A stretch of 64,000 nucleotides of DNA from Paraphysomonas bandaiensis. Taxonomy: Eukaryota > Protista > Chrysophyceae. The notes beneath the pieces are model-generated. The model was given only the letters and a program-made list of their open reading frames with translations. It searched no databases and was not told the origin of the DNA. The translations under genes were made by a program, and so were the position numbers. The stretch spans positions 1 through 64,000 of the forward strand of contig CBFFRP010000281.1 in NCBI GenBank assembly GCA_965644295.1, in the 5' to 3' direction. Shown one piece after another: positions 22,832-34,046 of this stretch. How positions within the stretch are numbered: the stretch's first letter is position 1; each line of letters opens with the position of its first letter.

Positions 22832-25800
22832 ATGATAGCGTACATTCATCAGAGCCCCAAGAGAAAGAGGGCAGATGTGGGTCAGTTAGACGCATGTGGA
22901 ATAAACTCCAGTCAGAATGGTTTAAAACTAAATAAAGCCACTGGCAGTGAGAGCGTATCATCTCATGGCGGTCACTGTGAGTCACTGATCACTGATACTG
23001 CAGAGGCCGAACGAGCGTCTGTGTCTGTGTCTCCGTACAGACAAAAGATTAAGCCCCGTAACTTAGAGTATATGTGTCATCTGAATAACAGCAAGCCTAC
23101 TATGCCACTCAAGTCCCCCTTTCATCAGGGAGGGGTTGCGAATAACTCTGCTATCACCGATAGTTCGACTAGGACGAACACAGAGAGTTTGTTCGATTCT
23201 CGGTGTGATGGTTCGGAGGGAGATGTGGAAGGGAGCATGTATGCAAACCTCACGTCCGACACAGTTGTTTCTCCAGACCTAACTGGGCCTCTGGATTATG
23301 GTTACGGCATCTCAAATCTGACGGAGCACGAACATTCTCGCTCTTATGATGGGGACAGTCGTGATCAGGATGTATCGTTCATATCATCCATATCTGCCTG
23401 TTCATCTCCACCAAGTGGTTATCGGGATAACCGAGACAGTGGATATAGGGATGGATTCAGTCTGTCGCACAGCCGTCGACTAGTGCTGGGAAACAGGGAT
23501 AACGGTCATATTGGTGGTGACGATGAAGAAGTAGGGCACCCAGCGGTGCAGTTATTTGGCCCTTCCCCCCCACATTCCCCTGACTCACTGTCCAGGAGTG
23601 ACAACGAGGATGATGGGGATTATGGCCACAATCCTGTGAATAATATGAGTGCCCCAATTAATTTATTTGGTGACTCGCCACCTCGATCCAGGGTCCGCAG
23701 CAGCGGTGGCGATGCTATTAGTGTAAGGACTTTGGACCGGTCTGCAGATTACATATCTGGTGAGGATGATGATCAAGATGTGCGCAGGTCGCAGGAGACT
23801 CTCATGAGTGGTGCACTGTCACCAGTGTTAATGAGTCTCAGCTTTGACGAGTCTGCGGAAGGAGCAGAAGGGGGATGGAGAGCCCAAGGAAGTGGGTTCT
23901 TGGAAATGCTAAGGGCTGTGTCTGGTGAAGGAGAGTGCAGTAGCACTGATGAGGATACACCTAAACAGCACGACTTTCCGAAAGTCCAACGTGGAGTTCC
24001 TTGGCAATCCCACGAGAATATTGAGCAGAGAGGGTGGACATGGGGTAGTAGACACCGTGGGGGTTCATTCGATGAAACTGTGGTCCGACAAGCCCCATCC
24101 TTTCAGCATTCGAATGAATCTTCCTCATGTGGCGAGGCTTTGGCCAACTCATTCGGAGGTAGGAAAGTAAGGCGAGAGAGTTGGCCGTCTCCAGGGTGTA
24201 TGGAAAGCGACTGTGGTGGTTGGGGCAGTGGTGAGAGTGGACAGCGCTACAGATCTCCTCTTACCAGTGATTTTGGTTCGGGTACTGGTGAGCGGGAGCG
24301 AGATATGACGAGCGATGGGTCCGATGAGAGTAGCAGCAGTTCACCTGGCGGTCGCCCCCTACCCGACCAGAGTGCCTTTGACTCAAGCCGCATGAATACT
24401 AGCCACTGTCATTCTTCCGCTCATTCTTCTCCGATATGTCCTGCCACCCCTGACCGGACTCCCTTCTGGATGCAGGAAGAGAGTACAGAGGACGAATTCA
24501 TGGGCGTGGAGGGGGGTTTACCACCCTCTCTCAGGCGCCAAGACTCATTGGTTCAAAATAAGGTTCTCGCTTCTCTAGACGGTCAAGGTGAACTAGATGA
24601 AGCTCTATCTTCCACTACGGATGTAGTTTTCTACCGAGACTTCGTAAACGAAGGGATCATGGGTTCAGGACAGTTCGCAGAAGTTTACCGGGTCACTTGC
24701 AAAGCGAGTGGGAAACCATATGCAGTAAAGAAGAGCCGGAGGAAGTTTCGTAGTCGGCGGGATCGGGAGAATTTACTGAACGAGGTGCGGGTGATGCAAA
24801 TTGTAGGGGCAGTCCCCTGCAAGCACATCATCCAATTCCACCGAGCTTGGCAAGAAAGTGGTTTCGTGTACGTACAGCTGGAGCTGGCAGAAAGGGGAAC
24901 TTTGAGGGAGGTGATGAGTGCAACTTCTCACAGGAACGAAGTAATTGGCACCGAGACTGTTATCCAGGTGCTTCACGATGTGGCACTTGGGTTACAGCAC
25001 ATCCACTTGCATCACATAGTGCACCTAGATATAAAGCCCCATAATATCCTTATTGGAATGGATGGTACTCTGAAAATAGCAGATTTCGGCATCGCTACCC
25101 AAGCGGGAGGGGGAGCGGACGAGGGACACGAGGGAGACACACGGTATCTGCCTGAGGAGCTGCTGAACTCATCGGAGCGCCATCCTTCAGCCGATATTTT
25201 TTCCTTAGGCCTGTCACTATACGAGCTATGTCTGGTTCCTGATATGGACGTTCTCCCTTATGGCGGGGGCCTTTGGCACGATCTCAGAGAGGGAAAAGGT
25301 CTGGATGTTCTAAGTCAAGAGGCCGGTGGACATAGGCCGGGAGCTCTCTGTCACCTCGTGGGCACTATGATGAGCCCCTGTCCATCCGCTCGCCCGTCTG
25401 CCCGAGACCTCCTCAGAGATCCTGTTGTGAAGGCGACCGATACGTCGGCCCCCTGTCCAGCGTTGGCTCGTGCTGCAGTGCGTGCACCGTCACCGATACT
25501 CTTCCGGTCAAATTCCTTTTGTCCTATCCCAGAGCAGCAGCAGCCATCGGCATTTCTCACGTCTTCAGTTCAGAACCAGCCTCAGCGTGTATCGACCCCT
25601 CTGTTCGGTGTAGCTGCTCATAGTAGCAGTTCTTTTCGGCACATGCTGTCCCCACCTCCTCTGGAGGGAGGATGTGTTGCTATGGATACCGCTAATAACT
25701 TTTCACCACCTTCTTCGACACCATCCACGAACCGTATACAAGACAGATGTGTACCCTCTCTGCATGGAATGTCCTCCTCAGAACCTCAACAGAGGCATCG

Positions 25801-25939
25801 TAGGCCATCCACTGGTGCAGGTCCTGGAAAAATCGGGGTCCCGCCGCCTGCACCAACTAGAAGCTCTTCTAAGACTACAGTAAAGACACAACGCCCTGGG
25901 GGAAGGCCGCGTGCTTCCGTAAATAAGAAAAGGACGTAG
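22832..25939 (+). CDS. WEE1: Wee1/Myt1-family protein kinase with a long disordered N-terminus, intronless
   Basis: GSGQFAEV, YAVKKSRRKF, NEV, HLDIKPHN, DFG and the Wee1/Myt1 signature EGDTRY; many SP/TP sites; first ATG at 22832. Confidence 0.88.
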   Translation: MIAYIHQSPKRKRADVGQLDACGINSSQNGLKLNKATGSESVSSHGGHCESLITDTAEAERASVSVSPYRQKIKPRNLEYMCHLNNSKPTMPLKSPFHQGGVANNSAITDSSTRTNTESLFDSRCDGSEGDVEGSMYANLTSDTVVSPDLTGPLDYGYGISNLTEHEHSRSYDGDSRDQDVSFISSISACSSPPSGYRDNRDSGYRDGFSLSHSRRLVLGNRDNGHIGGDDEEVGHPAVQLFGPSPPHSPDSLSRSDNEDDGDYGHNPVNNMSAPINLFGDSPPRSRVRSSGGDAISVRTLDRSADYISGEDDDQDVRRSQETLMSGALSPVLMSLSFDESAEGAEGGWRAQGSGFLEMLRAVSGEGECSSTDEDTPKQHDFPKVQRGVPWQSHENIEQRGWTWGSRHRGGSFDETVVRQAPSFQHSNESSSCGEALANSFGGRKVRRESWPSPGCMESDCGGWGSGESGQRYRSPLTSDFGSGTGERERDMTSDGSDESSSSSPGGRPLPDQSAFDSSRMNTSHCHSSAHSSPICPATPDRTPFWMQEESTEDEFMGVEGGLPPSLRRQDSLVQNKVLASLDGQGELDEALSSTTDVVFYRDFVNEGIMGSGQFAEVYRVTCKASGKPYAVKKSRRKFRSRRDRENLLNEVRVMQIVGAVPCKHIIQFHRAWQESGFVYVQLELAERGTLREVMSATSHRNEVIGTETVIQVLHDVALGLQHIHLHHIVHLDIKPHNILIGMDGTLKIADFGIATQAGGGADEGHEGDTRYLPEELLNSSERHPSADIFSLGLSLYELCLVPDMDVLPYGGGLWHDLREGKGLDVLSQEAGGHRPGALCHLVGTMMSPCPSARPSARDLLRDPVVKATDTSAPCPALARAAVRAPSPILFRSNSFCPIPEQQQPSAFLTSSVQNQPQRVSTPLFGVAAHSSSSFRHMLSPPPLEGGCVAMDTANNFSPPSSTPSTNRIQDRCVPSLHGMSSSEPQQRHRRPSTGAGPGKIGVPPPAPTRSSSKTTVKTQRPGGRPRASVNKKRT

Positions 25940-26520
25940 TTGACTGTCTCAAAGCACGAACAGTACAAGGACTACTTAGGAAACTCTGTAGTCATTCAAA
26001 TAAACAACCAGAAGTGAGATTTCTTGTGGAGTGTGATTCTATATGTTCTGCGTAGATATTGTGTGTTATTCTGGCTCGTTGGTAATTACTTCTGATAGAG
26101 GGGATGAATCATCACTTCTGTGCAAGGAAATAAATGCACTGTGCCATATCATATATACACACCTTGTAATTCCTCTCACCCCAATTGTAAATAAGTGGAT
26201 CGTTCTTAATGAAATTTCTTTGATTTAAATTCAATGCTACCTTGTGAATGAATCTATACGATAAATATTTATACATATCAGAAGTCAGAAGTGATTTTTG
26301 ACCTGAATTGGGTTCAACAGAAAAATGCTCTTATTTGCAACAGGAAAATATAGATATTCAACTTCAATATTTGGTTCGAACAGAACTATTATCTATCATA
26401 GTTATAATGTTGACCAGGGCTACGTATCAAGTAATTGTCAATTATTGAAATTGGGACATCATATCGTAGTTGCAAATATAATTGACTCCAGCTCGCTTCA
26501 ATTAATTATTAATTGGTATA

Positions 26521-27099
26521 AAGATATATATTATTCAACTTAGTCAAATTGGTTGAATTTCCTAGTCATACTATTTTCGGTGTAAAAACTTAGTCAAAGC
26601 TATAAATGATTCAACCTAGCCAATGATAGTATTAAACCTAGTCATGGATTGTACTCACATATAGCTACGCATTACAGACGCATGAGGTCATAGCAGGTTA
26701 AGTATGACAAACAATGCAACATACATTAGGTCAAAACAAAGCTAAAGAGCGGTATATAGCAGCATAGGCAGGACTCCATCGCTCTCTCCAATACTGAAGT
26801 AGACTGGTTGACCATTACTTCTCTCAACACAAACTTCATGCATGTCCTTCAGTTACCTTTGAAAATATCGATGAAATCTTGCCCTCGCCTGTGACGACGA
26901 AGTGTGTGGCATAGAGCATCTGATTTGAAATTATAGCTACAGTATGCTCCCCTGTTTGACTAGGTGAATACCCACATCCACCTAATCAACCAAGTCATTG
27001 TAATGTTAAAAATCTAATTATTAAACGACTAGGTTTTTACACCAATTTCGGTGTGACTAGGAAATTACACCAATTTGAGTAGGTTAAAAAATAGATCCC
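26521..27099. mobile_element. Non-autonomous DNA transposon (MITE) with ~75-bp TIRs and an imperfect 8-bp TSD
   Basis: Left TATTCAACTTAGTCAAATTGGTTGAATTTCCTAGTCATAC...GTGTAAAAACTTAGTC is inverted relative to right GACTAGGTTTTTACACC...GGTTAAAAAATAGATCCC. Flanks are TTGGTATA (26513-26520) and TTGATATA (27100-27107). Confidence 0.75.
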
Positions 27100-28942
27100 T
27101 TGATATAGAAACGCCTTTCTATGCTAAAACGTTATTTTATACGGCATTTTTATTGAAAAAAAAACAATTTTAGGATAAAAATCGAAGATTAGTGAAAGAC
27201 TATCTCACAGAGTAATTCATTTAACTTAATTAGCGATATGAGCGACAATCTGGCACCAGAAGACATTGCACGAGAGTTATTTGAGAAAGTATATGATAAT
27301 AACGAAGAGGCTGCAATAGAGACTAAATAATTGCAGTTAATTGCAATAATTGAAATTGCAAGTAATAATTGCAAGACTACAACCTGCGTCAATTAATTGA
27401 CAATTTATTGATTCGAAGCCCTGATATAGACAGTCGTTTGAAAGTGTTCATTATATTGCATACTTTGGGAAATCGTAACGTAACGATGACTCTTTCGAAA
27501 TCGGGTCATCAAAGTAATTTTCTATTCCCTGAACCTATATATAGCAGGCTTGCGAAACTATTATCTGCCAATTAATAGAATTGGTTTTAAAACTGTTAAA
27601 CGTAATTATTTGTGAATGCCGCCAATTAATTGGCTGGATCATTTATAAAGAAGCTGTATAGCTATTGCTCATAAATACAAACTGCCAGCATAGAAGAGTT
27701 GAAATGCATGTGAACTGCGCACAGTCACTTTTTTTCGTTATTTATCAAAATAGGTGCCAACTAATACTTACACAAGTCTGACGTATAGTGTATAGATACC
27801 ATTGATTGAAAAAAACACTTTGATTTTTGGTTTGTTTTTGATATAAATCAGGGAACTCCTATTACCTCTAACATAAAGCATGCTACAAAATTTAAATAAC
27901 TATACATATTAAGTTTTCAACACAATGGGAATATGTTACAATAACCTCGGGATAAGAAGTATCACACTAATAATACTTCGTAAATAAGCATGAATACAAT
28001 ATTTAATAGGTATTATATGATGGTACGGTGAACTATAGCATAATACGTGTCATATTGGATGGTCTAGCTTTTCATTGGTACGTGCTTGGGCTAGGGAACA
28101 ATATATTGAATGGTGGACCGCCCGAAATTCTATTAATATTATCGGTGAGACGCTATCTAACAATAGTATTGCAATATATTGTTTCCTGGCTCTAGTATGT
28201 GCTCTTGTTGTATAGGTGCATGTAATTATTATGCTTCTATTTACTAATATATGGATGAATATCACTGACAAGGAAGGAGTACGTATAACGTCGAGTGGAA
28301 TAATGCGATCGACGTGACACGGTTAGAGTTAGATACTAGGAAGAACGGCTGGCAGGAGAGTGCGGAGGTGCCATTTCAGTGTAGTAAATAAAAGAATGTG
28401 TTTCGTTGAATATGCGCACTATGAGAGACAACCAACTAAAGTGAGAGCTCTCTGTGTATGTATAACGCAACCCGGTTTGACTACCAAAGTAACGGCTCGC
28501 AAACAGTGTAGCACACAAGAGTAGAAGGCAATGTCTGTATTATTAATGTGAGACCTCTCTGTGTATGTGTATGTATGTATGAGTGCTGCTGTATGATGAT
28601 GGTGCTTGAGACGGTAATATTGGGACAAAACACACGACCATACCCGTTCACCAGCTGTATACTACTGCTGTATACTGCATACTACTGCTGTATACTGCTG
28701 ATCACTCCACTCTCTCTATTGCGAAGTGTGTACAGCAGTGGTATAGCTGCCGTATACGTATAGAGCCTGTACAGCACATCGCCATCTCTGCATGCATGTA
28801 CACACACATGAACACATAGAGAGAGAAGAGCAGAAGGTTAAACACAAGCGGTGGTAGAAATGGAGGTGCTTACCGACAACGAGTAGGCGGTGTATTGACC
28901 GTGTTGTTCTCATGCCATGAAGGAGTGTATGTATATATATAC

Positions 28943-30269
28943 ATGCTGATGAGGCCTCTCAGCGCTCTGTCGCTCGTATATACATGTCTGTGCATGTGCA
29001 TAGCATGCTGCTGGTCATTTCCAATGACCATTCACAACATGGACGAGATTCTCAATCGACAGGTGGGAGCAGATCTGTCTGTGGATATTGACCTGTCGCG
29101 ATACTCTTATATCAGTGAGAGCCATCTGTCCGGTGCACGAGTTCAGGTCATGAAAGATGGAGTTGTGTGTCATGAGTACACAGAGAATCTACCCGACATT
29201 CGATTTACAGTTCTTCCCTCTTGCCTATCGGAGGATTCGTTCTGGTTTTCTGTCGTTCTCGTTCTTGACGAGTTGCACTATTTATCTAGCAATCCCCAAT
29301 ATGTACCTGCTGCACCCGATACACGAAAGAAGAGTAACAACAACCAAATTACACTTGTTTTACCGCTTACATTAGATGATGTATCGCGCAGCTTTATACT
29401 TCTAAATTCTCTCAAAGTCCTTGACGCGTCAGTGGTCCGAGAGTTGCTTGTTTTCACTCGTGAAAGTGATCTCGAAGCTCTGCAACTGTTGCTGCTGGGT
29501 CCTCTGCATGAGCTTTCTTTCACAACCAGACTACTTTCAGAGTCAGTGTTATTTGGTAGTACCTCGCTTGTCGGTGCCTATCCATATGCCATACAGATGG
29601 CCGTAAAACTCTTTGCGGCGTCCGTTGTGACCACTCCTTTTTATCTTACCCTTGATGCTGACTTAATACTTCTTCGTTCTTTCTCGTACGAAGAAATAGT
29701 GGATGAACACGGGAAAGGGAGTTACCATCACGAACCGCGGCTAGAAGTACATCCGGTCTGGTGGGAGGGGTCTGAGCAAGTTCTGCAAGTGACATCTACC
29801 AATGAACTAAGGGTCGCCCAGGGCTTCGGAGTAACACCATCCCTGCTGCATACTTACGGAGCTCTACTCGTTATTGGGAGGCTCACTTCTCTGTATGGTA
29901 TGAGCAATGACAACTCGCTAAGTCAGCCGTGGATAGCTGCCTTTGGTCGTAATGGTGTTCTGTGGAGCGAGTACACTCTTTACCGCATTACATTAGACTT
30001 TTTTCAGGTGCATTCTTAGCAGTTGTTATGATGTTATAGTAATGGACTGACAGGTATTCGATGAGATCCATACCCGATTTCTTCCCACATCATCGACCCT
30101 GCATTGTAATGACGTTTGGTATGAACGAGACCTGCCTTGGAATGCAGAATCTGCTTGTAGGAGCTGCTGCATTTTTAGCGTCGTACAATCCTCAACTGGA
30201 GTCAGCCCAAGTACAATATACGGTCAATATAAACGTGCTATCGGTCCCAGTGGATGCATGTGCGATTGA
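28943..30269 (+). CDS. Secreted/lumenal DUF6492-like putative glycosyltransferase, 2 exons
   Basis: Signal peptide; IQMAVKLFAASVVTTPFYLTLDADL (DxD); WSEYTLY; intron 30008-30053; last exon FSVVQSSTG ending at TGA 30267-30269. Confidence 0.7.
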
Positions 30270-31293
30270 ATGGTATAGTACTTTTGATAGATTAAGTATT
30301 GAGTCATCTTACTCGATTGTCGATTGTGTTGTGTATAGCGTCAGTCATGTACCGTGCATATTTAATAGAACTATTTTTATGGTATTCTCTGCATCAGTTT
30401 TCGAAATAAAGGTATTGTTACTGATGCATCGTTAATCGTTACGAACTATGAATACATTAGTTTTTGCGTTTCACTTCAATTGCACAATACATATAATATC
30501 ATATACTACAGATTGATGGCAATTTAACATTCCAAGAACTACATACCTTTGAATAAGCAAACCATCATAAAAATACTGCATCGGTTGGCCCCAGGATTAG
30601 TACCTAATATCTAATATGGCCCATCGATATAAGTCCATTATTTACGGCTGGTAGACATATGTTACGAAACCGCGAACAACAGTATTAATGGTACACAGTA
30701 CACACGTACACACGACTTCATTCCAACCCACCTCACTCCCACATTGGTATAATTTATCAAGCCTGCCATTGAAATCCCCCGTGTTCTCAATCTTGTAGTT
30801 GTTTACAGGTGTTACAATACAAATCTATGGCACTATAATCATTTTAAGGCAACACTCGTAATATGCACCTACCCCACGGTTCACATGATACAGTAAATTT
30901 TAGCAACTACCCACGTGAAACACACGCACGATACCCACCCGACTTGAAAAGCATATATATTAAGCATATATAAGAAAAGTATAAATTTGGGCGATGTGAC
31001 ACGCACATATATGCGACAGGTGCATTAACAAGGATGAAATTACTTTACGAACTGAAAAAAGAGTTGAAGATTTTGATCGCCGAATTATTACATTACATTG
31101 AAAATACCAAAACAACATCGTGATCAAATCACTATCAAAAGGTTACACACACAATACGCTCTAACTGTCCACATTATTCACAATAATGTCACTGCGGTGG
31201 AAATACATTTACATAATGCTCGTACACGAGCGATCCCGTATGTATACAAAAAGCCTCCACCGAAAGTACAACCCGTCCACAGTACACTCCTAA

Positions 31294-32163
31294 TTACAGC
31301 TCGATTGAATCTGGTATATCAGTGTCATAAGGTTCCTTGGTTGGATCAGGATATATGACCACCACAGTCTTTTTCTGCAAACACTTAGCAATCTCTTCAT
31401 ATGCGAGATGTATCATGCATGTTAATGCAAAAAAAAGTATAGAAAACAGCAACAAAGCAGTATACCATATAAAACATGTCGGCCTATTCGTTTCTAGAAA
31501 GAAGTAGGGCCACTCTCTAACATCAGTGGCAACAATTGGCCATATAAAGATGAGGTAAATAAGTGGCCACGTGATAACGACCCATACATCATGGGGCTTT
31601 ATAAGCGCTTTACTCAACGGCATTTCCACAAATATCAATGAAATAGATTGCGTCAAATGTGACGTTATGTCCCAGAATCCGAGATTCGAATCCAGTAAAG
31701 TAAAGTTTAAAACTGTTACCATAATCGCAGTGGAGCAAATGACTGGGTATACAATGCCCACAAAGAGAGATACCCTTCTTAATGCTGGTATGCTGGCACT
31801 GAACGTGTCATCGTAGTTTCGAAATGCATCGAATGAACTAATAAACGAAGCTAACATGAAGTAGATGGATATCAAAATGAGGTTCCAATTGGTGTAATAG
31901 TGCCATCCACTCGACAGGTTCGGATCATTGCTGCTATACTTATACAGAGTCGTGACGCTAAACCATCCGCAAAATAATAATCTCGCAACAAGCAGTGCGC
32001 AGTTTCCTCTTTTACCGTAACGACTTCTGGCCACAATATTAAACTCCTTATGCTCGAATACACTCTCAATATTTCTAAATGTGAAACCGAAGCATGCGAT
32101 GAGCACCGCGTACTCCACTAACACAACTGCGATTAGAGATGCCAGGAAGGAATATTTCCCCAT
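31294..32163 (-). CDS. FAR-17a/AIG1-like (rolling-stone-like) multipass membrane protein
   Basis: About 7 hydrophobic helices; YYTNWN (conserved Thr), a TSH histidine and the WPYFFL motif. Confidence 0.75.
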   Translation of the reverse strand: MGKYSFLASLIAVVLVEYAVLIACFGFTFRNIESVFEHKEFNIVARSRYGKRGNCALLVARLLFCGWFSVTTLYKYSSNDPNLSSGWHYYTNWNLILISIYFMLASFISSFDAFRNYDDTFSASIPALRRVSLFVGIVYPVICSTAIMVTVLNFTLLDSNLGFWDITSHLTQSISLIFVEMPLSKALIKPHDVWVVITWPLIYLIFIWPIVATDVREWPYFFLETNRPTCFIWYTALLLFSILFFALTCMIHLAYEEIAKCLQKKTVVVIYPDPTKEPYDTDIPDSIEL

Positions 32164-32701
32164 CGCACGACGCTATCACTCCTAAACTTATCACTCAGGC
32201 GCTGGGAGTGGATTACTGTCTGAAATATTGAGCCCCAAGAGATCAACACTCACGATGATGATACTCCTCGACGAGTCGTATATGTATATGCATGTAGGTG
32301 GAGGTGTACAGTGCGATATATACGTACACTGTACATATGCAGTTTCATTTCCACTTGAAGACTTCGCTCAGACGACTTCAGACTTCGACTTGGCTCGGTG
32401 TGTGTGGGTAGAGTGGTTGCTGTGTATCGTATTATCAGACTACTGTAGTACACGAAATACACATGCAGATACAGTGTGCCGGTATATACGACTGTATATG
32501 GTGTATTTGTTGGATGGATGACCGTTGCCTGTGCAAAGGAATGGCAACTGCAACAGCGTAACAGCTCTCTTCCTGTCAGCCTTGCATGATAGATACCACT
32601 AACAAAGGTAAAATCTTTGTTTGTAGCATCTACTTCCTTTACAGTCGAATACAGTCGACTGTCTGTTATATTGTACATACGGAATATATTTGTTAGTCGA
32701 T

Positions 32702-33304
32702 ATGGCGGCCAGTATTCATTTCTATCATGAGGATGCATATCATAGTCACAACAAAGGAGTTAAACAGCGGAGGAAAGGTCGAAATCGCAATGAATATGAA
32801 AAGGACTTGGAAAGCCGGTTCAGATCAACTTCGTTGAACTCAACTAACTGGCGCCCTGGTCATAAAAGTCGTGGTGGGAATCAAGCATCTGCTCATACTG
32901 ATTGTTGGCGTAATGGGAATAGGAAGTCAAAGGAAAGAAACAAATCTAAAATGTACTCACAACCCACATATTATCATGAACCTTTCGACTCCTATAAGCA
33001 GTTTAGCGGTTCTAACTACTTGAGCTGGTGTAATATGGAGCTAGACAACACTGATTTTGACAGTTATTGCGTGTCCATGTCTGAAAATGAATTTGATTGT
33101 GGTACCAGAGATCGTGATCTCGACGATAGTTTGAGTATTATATATGAGAATTGTGAAAATGCCCTCAATATTCATGCTGAATGTATTGCGATAAAGGCCG
33201 TGGCGGCGAAGCAAATGGCTACTGAAATGTGGCTGCGATCTCGAACTCCAGAAGAGCGAGTCCAGTACATACAACATCGAAATGCTATAGATCCTCAGTT
33301 TTAG
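32702..33304 (+). CDS. Hypothetical protein (~200 aa)
   Basis: Intronless ORF from ATG 32702; basic N-half and acidic middle; no family recognised. Confidence 0.5.
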   Translation: MAASIHFYHEDAYHSHNKGVKQRRKGRNRNEYEKDLESRFRSTSLNSTNWRPGHKSRGGNQASAHTDCWRNGNRKSKERNKSKMYSQPTYYHEPFDSYKQFSGSNYLSWCNMELDNTDFDSYCVSMSENEFDCGTRDRDLDDSLSIIYENCENALNIHAECIAIKAVAAKQMATEMWLRSRTPEERVQYIQHRNAIDPQF

Positions 33305-33582
33305 TTACAAGTTCATGTGTATTGCAATGTATGAACCCCACCAAGAATGTGTTGTAAACTATAATGAGATTGAAACTTCATCGACTTTTTCTTGCAATTT
33401 AGTTCCGTTCACTAGGCTCAAATATATGTGTTAAATAGTTTCAATGCACTACACGTAGATAGTTTTAGTATCAGGTTTGATGAGTAAACCTGTTACATGT
33501 GTGGGGTTAATATTATTCCGAAATGCTTGTCTTCCTTTCAAAGTTTGTACTTCGAAAGAAAAGTGATAATATACAACGGTAA

Positions 33583-33846
33583 AATAAAGAATTGATCTTT
33601 ATAATAGTAAAACAATGTTGTGATTATTAGAGTGTAAGTAATGAACACGATAGAGTGAAAATTATGAATAACAATATAGAACGTACATCATGCACAACGG
33701 AATAGTTAGAAGTGTAACTGATAATGACGACGTTATGATGACGATCACGTATCTTCGACAGATACTCTCTCTAATTCAGTTCATGGTATATTTCATTGAA
33801 CATTATAACTCACAGATGCAATCATGTGTTAAGCTGAATCCTAATA
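33583..33846 (-). repeat. 3' LTR of the copia element
   Basis: Direct repeat of 39051-39314, immediately after the PPT on the minus strand. Confidence 0.96.
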
Positions 33847-34046
33847 CGCCCCCTCAATGAAATAATTAGTGAACCGTAGATAATAGAGAGAATATGAACT
33901 TATGCACACTGAGAGTAAAAACCAGAGTAGCAGTCACTAGTCAATAATAAGCGAACTGCAGAGATGCCATATTGTGAGACCATCCTTCTAGTCCAGCATC
34001 ATGTATTGAATAAAAGTAAAAAAAAATGGTAAAAACTCCGTGTAAC

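Noticed and set aside
27189-27600. Possible decayed coding sequence (MSDNLAPEDIARELFEKVY...; LRQLIDNLL...)
   Set aside because: Short broken frames with no recognisable family; too weak to call.
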